A DNA stretch of 58,724 nt from a virus (taxonomy: Duplodnaviria > Heunggongvirae > Uroviricota > Caudoviricetes). Under the pieces are notes generated by a model. That model was not told the DNA's origin and searched no databases. It saw nothing but the letters and a program-made list of their open reading frames with translations. Each line of letters starts with the position of its first letter. The first letter of the stretch is position 1. The translations under genes and the position numbers were made by a program. The DNA lies in IMG/VR virus record IMGVR_UViG_3300012007_000007, positions 163,434 to 222,157 of that record. One strand, written 5' to 3'. This document shows, one piece after another, positions 1 to 5,885 of this stretch.

Positions 1-83
1 TCGGTTACACACATTGCGGGGCAACGCGCAGTGCGGTGTTCGGTATCATCAACCATCTTGATTGCGGTATTAACTGTCGGCAT
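1..83 (-). CDS. Hypothetical protein, 5' part only (MPTVNTAIKMVDDTEHRTARCPAMCVT...), runs off the window
   Basis: ATG at 83 preceded by AAGGAG; TTGCTATATT promoter-like motif at 129-138; frame open to the window edge. Confidence 0.6.
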   Translation of the reverse strand, partial: MPTVNTAIKMVDDTEHRTARCPAMCVT

Positions 84-202
84 GATAACTCCTTGTTGAG
101 AACTTATGGCCCATTCAGGTCTGTAAGTAATATAGCAATTTATCACGCGAGTGAATCACCAAGTTGGTGAAAATTGTTGTAAATTTTTATTTACATATTT
201 CG

Positions 203-275
203 AGCTGACGGTAGGAATCGAACCCACTCATGCAAAGTTTTGCAGACTCGCCCGTTCCCACTTCGGCACGTCAGC
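203..275 (-). tRNA. tRNA-Cys(GCA)
   Basis: Cloverleaf by eye: GCTGACG/CGTCAGC acceptor, loop CTGCAAA, TTCGATT T-loop, U73; weak anticodon stem. Confidence 0.85.
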
Positions 276-284
276 ATAAAGTAG

Positions 285-366
285 TCCCGCAGGCAGGACT
301 CGGACCTGCACGCCACTAGGCACTAGTTCCTAAGACTAGCGTGTCTACCAGTTCCACCACTGCGGG
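285..366 (-). tRNA. tRNA-Leu(TAG)
   Basis: CCCGCAG/CTGCGGG acceptor, CTAGT-CTTAGGA-ACTAG anticodon arm, long variable arm, T-loop TCCGAGT. Confidence 0.9.
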
Positions 367-371
367 AGATA

Positions 372-442
372 TTGGCCAGCCAGGCTTCGGACCCAGCCCT
401 GATGGCTCAAAACCACCCGTGCTACCGCTACACCACAGGCCA
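372..442 (-). tRNA. tRNA-Gln(TTG)
   Basis: TGGCCTG/CTGGCCA acceptor, GGTGG-TTTTGAG-CCATC anticodon arm. Confidence 0.85.
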
Positions 443-448
443 TCATAG

Positions 449-532
449 TCCGGAAGGCGGGACTTGAACCCGCACGGAGTATGCCTCCAACGGATTTTAA
501 GTCCGCATTGTCTACCATTCCAACACTACCGG
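449..532 (-). tRNA. tRNA-Leu(TAA)
   Basis: GCGGA-CTTAAAA-TCCGT anticodon arm, long variable arm, GCGGG-TTCAAGT-CCCGC T arm. Confidence 0.9.
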
Positions 533-536
533 ATAG

Positions 537-619
537 TCCCGAGAGCAGGACTTGAACCTGCACGTCTTGCGGACAGGGGATTTTGAGTCCTCCGCGTCTA
601 CCAGTTCCGCCATCACGGG
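537..619 (-). tRNA. tRNA-Leu(CAA)
   Basis: GAGGA-CTCAAAA-TCCCC anticodon arm, long variable arm, canonical T arm. Confidence 0.9.
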
Positions 620-624
620 TCTTA

Positions 625-695
625 TTGGGGACAAAGGTTTCGAACCTCTAATTCCAGAGTCAGAGTCTGGCGTGCTACCGTTACACCAGTCCCCA
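625..695 (-). tRNA. tRNA-Gln(CTG)
   Basis: TGGGGAC/GTCCCCA acceptor, CCAGA-CTCTGAC-TCTGG anticodon arm. Confidence 0.9.
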
Positions 696-705
696 TCGTT
701 TTTAG

Positions 706-778
706 CTCTACCCCCAGGCTACGACCCTGGAACCTCCCGGTTAACAGCCGGGCGTTCTACCAGTTGAACTGGGGTAGA
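706..778 (-). tRNA. tRNA-Asn(GTT), atypical (C8; T-loop GTCGTAG)
   Basis: TCTACCC/GGGTAGA acceptor, CCCGG-CTGTTAA-CCGGG anticodon arm, G73. Confidence 0.85.
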
Positions 779-1633
779 TTATGTATATACACTTACCAGT
801 GAAAGGTCAGATGGATAATGTGTTCTTTTACCAACCGTCTTGCCGCTTAGATATTTTGGTATGAATTTCTTAAATGTGTAATACAAAGCCACTTTGGATA
901 TTTTTAATTCATTAGAAAAATCCTCTAGCTTTGAATAATTACCGGAATGATACCTATCCCATAATTCCCTGGCACGTTGAATTGCTGCATTATGTAGTTC
1001 AATCCTTGGTCTTTTAGTGATTTTCCCGGAGACGGTATTTATGCCAGATGATGCATTCGCTGCACATATTTTGCCACACGGTTGACCCTTTTGTTTTGCA
1101 TAAGCAAATATTTTACTTCTTATAGAAGTGCTCTGCCCATGATACAAATTTCTTCCACGGACCCATTCTTTAGCATCTGGCGGCATTCGGAATACCTTAG
1201 ATTCACCGGTTATATAATTGGTATACCACCGGGTTCCGTAATGTGAATTTCGCTGGCCCCGTTGTGTTATTGCCGTTGTATACCCAACTACTTTAGCAAA
1301 TTGACAACGCAATGTTTCGTATATTCTGGCATTTATATATCGACTGTGGTTATCATTAGTACTACGCATTCTCCAAAACGCAAACATCATTTTACGGTAT
1401 TCATTTGATTCGGGTGGATACAATTTCGTTAATAGCCAATGGCATATAAAGTGTTCTTTAGCAGTAAGCAACGCTCGGTTGCATAATCGGTCTACACCAC
1501 CCAATGCCTTTGGTATAATATGGTGTAGTTCATAGTATTGGCCATGTTTTTGTTGCCAACGACGCTGCTCATAATCAGCTTGCGCTCGCAAAACGATACT
1601 TGCGTATATTCTATTGTAATTCATAACAAACAT
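779..1633 (-). CDS. Free-standing HNH homing endonuclease with C-terminal HTH-like region
   Basis: ELHHIIPKALGG...RALLTAKEHFICHWLL HNH motif; AT-rich; inside the tRNA cluster; TATAAACT motif at 1660-1667 upstream. Confidence 0.85.
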   Translation of the reverse strand: MFVMNYNRIYASIVLRAQADYEQRRWQQKHGQYYELHHIIPKALGGVDRLCNRALLTAKEHFICHWLLTKLYPPESNEYRKMMFAFWRMRSTNDNHSRYINARIYETLRCQFAKVVGYTTAITQRGQRNSHYGTRWYTNYITGESKVFRMPPDAKEWVRGRNLYHGQSTSIRSKIFAYAKQKGQPCGKICAANASSGINTVSGKITKRPRIELHNAAIQRARELWDRYHSGNYSKLEDFSNELKISKVALYYTFKKFIPKYLSGKTVGKRTHYPSDLSLVSVYT

Positions 1634-1671
1634 CCGGCAATGTTTTATGTTCTGCCTTCAGTTTATAGGGA

Positions 1672-1733
1672 ATGCTAGGGTAAGACTATGTCAAACATAG
1701 GTCAGGCAGTGCCGGCTGCTTGTCCCCTAGCAC
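1672..1733 (-). other. Branched stem-loop between tRNA-Tyr and the HNH gene
   Basis: GTGCTAGGG...CCCTAGCAT closing stem enclosing GCAG-CCGGCA-CTGC and CTATGT-TTG-ACATAG hairpins. Confidence 0.5.
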
Positions 1734-1796
1734 TACTTAAACTACAACATGTTTATCCAATTTATATAATTATATGAATTGATAGAATTTACTTAA

Positions 1797-1881
1797 TGCC
1801 AGCGGTTGGACTCGAACCAACGAAAGCAGTTTAATGCGAGAGGGTTACGGCCTCCTGGAATTGCCACTATCCGACGCTGGC
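1797..1881 (-). tRNA. tRNA-Tyr(GTA), C33 variant
   Basis: GCCAGCG/CGCTGGC acceptor, GGAGG-CCGTAAC-CCTCT anticodon arm, long variable arm. Confidence 0.88.
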
Positions 1882-1882
1882 T

Positions 1883-1952
1883 TGGTGGAGCATTTCGTAT
1901 GCAAGCCCCCAGCATTAGAGCCAAGCTCAACAGGCACCATCTATGAAGCCCC
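1883..1952 (-). ncRNA. 70-nt tRNA-like RNA with Ala-type ends (GGGGC...GCTCCACCA), no canonical cloverleaf
   Basis: Ends pair G1:C, G2:C, G3:U, G4:C, C5:G followed by A-CCA; fills the gap between tRNA-Asp and tRNA-Tyr. Confidence 0.55.
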
Positions 1953-1962
1953 ATATTTTTAA

Positions 1963-2036
1963 CGATGCCTGAGAGATTCGAACTCTCGAATGTCGGTTAG
2001 ACAGACCGATGTGTTAGGCCACTTCACCAAGGCACC
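1963..2036 (-). tRNA. tRNA-Asp(GTC), U37 variant
   Basis: GGTGCCT/AGGCATC acceptor, TCGGT-CTGTCTA-ACCGA anticodon arm, G73. Confidence 0.85.
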
Positions 2037-2044
2037 ATTCTTAG

Positions 2045-2117
2045 TGCCGCCGGGAGGAATCGAACCTCCGACACGGGGATTTTCAGTCCCCTGCTCTACC
2101 GACTGAGCTACAGCGGC
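2045..2117 (-). tRNA. tRNA-Phe(GAA)
   Basis: Canonical cloverleaf, GGGGA-CTGAAAA-TCCCC. Confidence 0.95.
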
Positions 2118-2127
2118 AAACTGTTCG

Positions 2128-2202
2128 TCCGCGACTCTCGACTTGAACGAGAACATCTCCGCCTTATCAGAGCGGCGTGTTAACCAATTACACCAGACGC
2201 GG
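2128..2202 (-). tRNA. tRNA-Ile(GAT)
   Basis: CCGCT-CTGATAA-GGCGG anticodon arm, TCTCG-TTCAAGT-CGAGA T arm. Confidence 0.88.
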
Positions 2203-2206
2203 ATAG

Positions 2207-2279
2207 TAGCGCCGCCGGGATTCGAACCCGAGTTCCATGAATGAAAATCACGTGTCCTAGGCCTCTAGACGACGGCGCC
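2207..2279 (-). tRNA. tRNA-Glu(TTC)
   Basis: GGCGCCG/CGGCGCT acceptor, GTCTAGAGGCCTAGGAC D arm, CGTGA-TTTTCAT-TCATG. Confidence 0.92.
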
Positions 2280-2294
2280 ATATTAGTTTGTTCA

Positions 2295-2371
2295 TAGTCA
2301 CTGAGAGGCTCGAACTCCCGACCTCCGCGTTCGTAGCGCGGCGCTCTGAATTCCAACTGAGCTAAGTGACT
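2295..2371 (-). tRNA. tRNA-Arg(ACG)
   Basis: AGTCACT/AGTGACT acceptor, CCGCG-CTACGAA-CGCGG. Confidence 0.92.
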
Positions 2372-2375
2372 GTAG

Positions 2376-2449
2376 TGGAACGTGACGGGGCTCGAACCCG
2401 TAACCTCCTCGTTGCGAACGAGGCGCTCTTCCAATTGAGCTACACCCCC
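2376..2449 (-). tRNA. tRNA-Ala(CGC) with 1-nt acceptor-stem bulge
   Basis: 5' GGGGGTG, 3' CAC-G-TTCC-A; CCTCG-TTCGCAA-CGAGG; G3:U70 retained in the bulged register. Confidence 0.88.
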
Positions 2450-2457
2450 AAAGTTAC

Positions 2458-2531
2458 TGGAACGTGACGGGACTCGAACCCGTAACCTCCTGAATGCAAA
2501 TCAGGCGCTCTTCCAATTGAGCTACACCCCC
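2458..2531 (-). tRNA. tRNA-Ala(TGC) with 1-nt acceptor-stem bulge
   Basis: Same body as 2376-2449; CCTGA-TTTGCAT-TCAGG. Confidence 0.88.
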
Positions 2532-2539
2532 ATAGTTAC

Positions 2540-2615
2540 TGGACACATATCGGGCTCGAACCGATGACCTCCTGCCTGCCAGACAGGCGCTCTACCAAAA
2601 CTGAGCTAATGGCCC
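2540..2615 (-). tRNA. tRNA-Ala(GGC) with 1-nt acceptor-stem bulge, different sequence body
   Basis: 5' GGGCCAT, 3' ATG-T-GTCC-A; CCTGT-CTGGCAG-GCAGG. Confidence 0.88.
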
Positions 2616-2677
2616 ATAAAGAAAAACACATCCGGAATTTCAATCTGCAGCAACGCTGCTCGAACGCTGCACTTTAG

Positions 2678-2751
2678 TGGAACGTGACGGGGCTCGAACC
2701 CGTAACCTCCTCGCTGCCGGCGAGGCGCTCTTCCAATTGAGCTACACCCCC
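2678..2751 (-). tRNA. tRNA-Ala(GGC) second copy, C33 variant, 1-nt acceptor-stem bulge
   Basis: Same body as 2376-2449; CCTCG-CCGGCAG-CGAGG. Confidence 0.82.
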
Positions 2752-2765
2752 AAACGGTTAAACGG

Positions 2766-2798
2766 AAAGGGCGGTTGCCGCTGATGCAACCGCCCTTT
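2766..2798 (-). terminator. Intrinsic terminator directly upstream of the first tRNA-Ala (attenuator terminator)
   Basis: Perfect 13-bp inverted repeat AAAGGGCGGTTGC-ATCAGCG-GCAACCGCCCTTT followed by CCGTTT on the minus strand. Confidence 0.8.
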
Positions 2799-2845
2799 TC
2801 GTCTCTTGTAAACCTTTCGTCTACCTGGAACTAGGTTGCATCAGC
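2780..2845 (-). promoter_or_regulatory. Antiterminator helix of a putative attenuator
   Basis: Perfect 12-bp inverted repeat: minus-strand GCTGATGCAACC (2845-2834, last leader codons) pairs with GGTTGCATCAGC (2791-2780, terminator 5' arm and loop). Confidence 0.75.
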
Positions 2846-2938
2846 CTCCGCGTGTTCTGCGAAATCCAACACGGCAAAATAGCGGTTACCCTGTGCGGCA
2901 CCCGCTAAGTTACAAATATTGTTGAATTGCTTCTGCAT
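2831..2938 (-). CDS. Putative attenuator leader peptide MQKQFNNICNLAGAAQGNRYFAVLDFAEHAEADAT (35 aa, 8 Ala)
   Basis: Translated by hand (not in the ORF track); AAGGAA ribosome-binding site upstream of ATG; last codons coincide with the antiterminator strand. Confidence 0.72.
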   Translation of the reverse strand: MQKQFNNICNLAGAAQGNRYFAVLDFAEHAEADAT

Positions 2939-2969
2939 CGTTAATTCCTTTGACGTAATGTTTATAACA

Positions 2970-2998
2970 ATTGTAGAAATAAATATCCCGTTTTGCAA
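2970..2998 (-). promoter_or_regulatory. Sigma70-like promoter of the leader/tRNA operon
   Basis: TTGCAA (2998-2993), 17-nt spacer, TACAAT (2975-2970); a late-like TATAAACA follows at 2966-2959. Confidence 0.65.
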
Positions 2999-3018
2999 GA
3001 CTGTAAGTAAAAAATAAG

Positions 3019-5490
3019 TTATTTTTTCCTGTCGCGGACGCAGTACACCGTGAAATACCCCCGGAGTTCCCTCAGGGAACCCTCGGCCGTTATCGTTATC
3101 TTCCCCTTTGACCGGTCCAGCTCCGCGACGGCGTACAGGGTCCCGTCCTCTTCCCGGGAAGTCTCGTTGTCGTCATCGGGAATATCGTCGTCAGCTTCGC
3201 CGATTATTGTCCATGTTCTCGCCGGTATTCCCCTCATCCCCTTCCGGAGCTCCCGGGAATTCCCGCCCCTCCCGGGAGGAATCACCAGCGGAATCATGAC
3301 CCTGCCTGTGTTTGACGGCATGTCGACGTCGCTTGCCGTGGCCGGCATGGTGAAACCGGCATCCTCCATGGAACGGATGTCCAGCGCCGGGAACCTCAGC
3401 CCGAGCTGCGGCAGCGTCCGGTCGATGTTGATTCCGAACTCCTCGGTACCGGTCTCGTAGTAGCGGGACTCGTCGAGGTCTTCATCCACGGAGACCCCGT
3501 CCTCCGCGTCCCGGTCCCTCTCGGGCCGTACCGCCTGGTGCCGGCGTTCCATGTTCCCGTCGACGAAACCCTCGAACAGGCATTCGGACACGGTATCCCT
3601 CCCGTCCCCGGGGGTTGCCTTCACCGGGAAGTCCCCCTGGTGCGATACCCGGAACTTGCGGAACACCGAGAGGCGGTCGTCGTCCATGTCGAATTCCGCC
3701 GTCGAGCCGTGCCGCATCGCCATGGAGATGAACTCGTCGACCGTCGGTAGGCGCCAGCCTTCCGGTATGGCGGTGGGGACGTATTGCGCCCGGTACTTGA
3801 CGAAGTTCCTTCCCGGCGTGGAGATGTCGTCGACCACGACCGGCTGGCCGTTCACCGTGTATGACGGCGGGTACGACCGGCAGAAGCCTAGCGGGCTGGC
3901 AATCTCGAGCGCGCACCAGTCGTTGAACATGATGGACATGGTACCGTCCTCGGCGTAACTGGTCACATCGTGGTTCTCGGCTCCCGGAATCGGGTCGCAG
4001 TCGTCCCCGCCCAGGTTCTCCGAGCGCCATTTCTTGTAGAGCGAGCAGCTGCTGTCGTAGTTGGCGGTCCCGAGGCCGATGTCCGACTGTACCTGGCTGA
4101 GGACGGCGACTTCGTCGGCACGGTACACGGAGATGCCGCCTCCCGGCATACGGAGTACCGACAGGTTCCGGTATTGCGGTCTCGTGTCTTCCGTGTCCTC
4201 CTCCACGCACTGGTCCCCGTCGTATTGCACCGGGTCCCCGGGTTCGGCAGTGGGGTCATCCGCCACGCACAGGCTGACTTCCGTCCTGAACGAGTACCGC
4301 GCCTGCACCAGCCGCATGTCCTCGTCGTACCGCCTCCATCCCTCCTCGACGGCCTGCCTGTCCGCCGCGAGCCCGTCACCGCGCATGATGTTCCGGAACG
4401 GCACCGGTATGGTCGACACGGGTTCCAGCAGCCACGTTGTCCCGGCATCGGTAACGGCGCGCATCCTGCCCCCTTCAATTTCCATGTTGCGCGCCTTCCC
4501 GCTGGACGGCTTCCTGGAGAGCGCGCCCGCTATCCTGCCCGCCATGAGCCTGGCCCAGCCGAGACAGAACCTGTTGTCGCGTTCGCGGGCCGTGCGGAGC
4601 GCCGCCTCGTACCTGCGGTAGTCCCTCTTGGTGTACGGTGTGCACAGCCTGTAGAATGGCGCTCCCAGCAGTTCCGAGAGTTCCCGCTCGGAATACTTGT
4701 TGTCGCCCTTGCGCTCGTCCACGTTGTCGTGGGCGTGGTTCCACCGGTTGTTGACGTGCATGAGCCGGCCGTCCGGGCCGATGTCTATCCCGAGCATGGA
4801 CTCCCCGTAGAGGGGGTCGTCCTCGGTCATCGTCTCGAAACCCGGTAGGACGGCAAGGTAGAGCTTCACCATGGACAGCATGGTGGTACCGTCCTTGGCG
4901 GTGCGGCGGTTGAATGAGTACGAGTCGAACATGCTCTTGCTGTTGAGGTGGCACCACCCGTGGGGCTGCGTGTACTTGTAGTATGGCTTCCCGGTCTCGA
5001 ACCGGTCCAGCCATATGATTCGGTATCTCCTTGGACCGTAGCTGATTTTCCTCAGTTCGCGCTTCAGTTCCTTCCAGTTGTCCGCCGCGGTCCCCCCGTA
5101 GCGCTCGGTAAGTTCCTTGAACGATAGCTCCGTCCCTCCCGTGGCGAGGTGGCGGGTGTATTCCTCGAAGTGCGCGATGGATATTATGCGGATGTAGTCG
5201 CGCAGGTCGGCCAGCTGGCGGAAGTCCTCGTCGCCGGTACCGAACAGCAGTTCGCCGAAAGCGATACGGGCAGCCCCGGGAGCGAACTTAATCTTGCACT
5301 GGCCGTCACGGAAGAACTGCCTTCTGAGTTCCATGTACGCCGCCCTGGTCCACGAGGTTATCCCGCGGTTCCGCGCAATCTCGTCGTATATGCGTTCCAG
5401 CTCCATCCTGTTGGGGAGCGAGAGCAGGACCTTCTTCGTGTAGCGGTATGCGTCGCCCTCGGAACCGGGGCCCAGTTCTTTTTCCGGCAT
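3019..5490 (-). CDS. Large hypothetical protein (823 aa) with FISUMP/DUF1566-like C-terminal motifs
   Basis: PEGWRLPTVDEF and terminal YCVRD motifs; start set at MPEKEL because the longer ORF overlaps a terminator and a structured RNA. Confidence 0.65.
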   Translation of the reverse strand: MPEKELGPGSEGDAYRYTKKVLLSLPNRMELERIYDEIARNRGITSWTRAAYMELRRQFFRDGQCKIKFAPGAARIAFGELLFGTGDEDFRQLADLRDYIRIISIAHFEEYTRHLATGGTELSFKELTERYGGTAADNWKELKRELRKISYGPRRYRIIWLDRFETGKPYYKYTQPHGWCHLNSKSMFDSYSFNRRTAKDGTTMLSMVKLYLAVLPGFETMTEDDPLYGESMLGIDIGPDGRLMHVNNRWNHAHDNVDERKGDNKYSERELSELLGAPFYRLCTPYTKRDYRRYEAALRTARERDNRFCLGWARLMAGRIAGALSRKPSSGKARNMEIEGGRMRAVTDAGTTWLLEPVSTIPVPFRNIMRGDGLAADRQAVEEGWRRYDEDMRLVQARYSFRTEVSLCVADDPTAEPGDPVQYDGDQCVEEDTEDTRPQYRNLSVLRMPGGGISVYRADEVAVLSQVQSDIGLGTANYDSSCSLYKKWRSENLGGDDCDPIPGAENHDVTSYAEDGTMSIMFNDWCALEIASPLGFCRSYPPSYTVNGQPVVVDDISTPGRNFVKYRAQYVPTAIPEGWRLPTVDEFISMAMRHGSTAEFDMDDDRLSVFRKFRVSHQGDFPVKATPGDGRDTVSECLFEGFVDGNMERRHQAVRPERDRDAEDGVSVDEDLDESRYYETGTEEFGINIDRTLPQLGLRFPALDIRSMEDAGFTMPATASDVDMPSNTGRVMIPLVIPPGRGGNSRELRKGMRGIPARTWTIIGEADDDIPDDDNETSREEDGTLYAVAELDRSKGKITITAEGSLRELRGYFTVYCVRDRKK

Positions 5491-5510
5491 CTTAATTGTA
5501 TCCTGTATTG

Positions 5511-5538
5511 AAAAAAATGGCGGGGTTTCGCCCGCCCC
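5511..5538 (-). terminator. Intrinsic terminator after the tRNA-Gly/ncRNA unit
   Basis: GGCGGG-CGAAAC-CCCGCC followed by ATTTTTTT. Confidence 0.75.
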
Positions 5539-5550
5539 AAATATAGCAAA

Positions 5551-5807
5551 AGTTGGAGCGCATGCGCAACCCCGGCGGACTGACAGCCGTAAGAACGCAC
5601 CGCGGCTAAGCCGCACCGTCGACCATAACGCCAGCCGTTTAGACTCCTTGCGGAGGGCCGTCGCCACAGGACAGCGCAACCGTTGCGCAGCACCGGGCCG
5701 TCATCCCGCTTATCGCGGACCCCCAGGTTTGCCCCTCGGCCTCCCGTTTCGAACCGGGAAGCTCCGGAATGGCCAAGCCCGCGTGGGGCGGCGCATGCAC
5801 GCCAACT
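5551..5807 (-). ncRNA. Candidate 257-nt structured ncRNA of unknown class
   Basis: 17-nt closing inverted repeat (one mismatch, one G:U on the minus strand); several internal hairpins; begins 5 nt after tRNA-Gly and is followed by a U tract and a terminator. Confidence 0.7.
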
Positions 5808-5812
5808 CTTAG

Positions 5813-5885
5813 AGCGGGAAAAGGGATTCGGACCCTCGGCATCGACCTTGGGAAGGTCGCGCTCTGCCAACTGAGCTATTCCCGC
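5813..5885 (-). tRNA. tRNA-Gly(CCC)
   Basis: GCGGGAA/TTCCCGC acceptor, CGACC-TTCCCAA-GGTCG, U73; TTTTGCTATATTTG motif 8 nt upstream. Confidence 0.92.

Noticed and set aside
1883-1952. Full tmRNA, or amber suppressor implying TAG recoding
   Set aside because: Only 70 nt with no tag reading frame; no proper anticodon stem; genes end normally at TAG and none appear fragmented under the standard code
345-2434. ORF-track entries 345-563, 552-767, 1959-2156 and 2180-2434
   Set aside because: They are read-throughs of tRNA genes with no coding signature
2761-2940. T-box riboswitch
   Set aside because: No UGGNACC T-box bulge or specifier stem is visible; the leader ORF with RBS explains the layout better
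5551-5807. RNase P RNA, SRP RNA, 6S RNA or c-di-GMP-I riboswitch
   Set aside because: Lacks GAGGAAAGUCC and the full P4 partner, lacks the SRP domain IV motif, is branched rather than a single rod, and has only a partial GGCAAACC match
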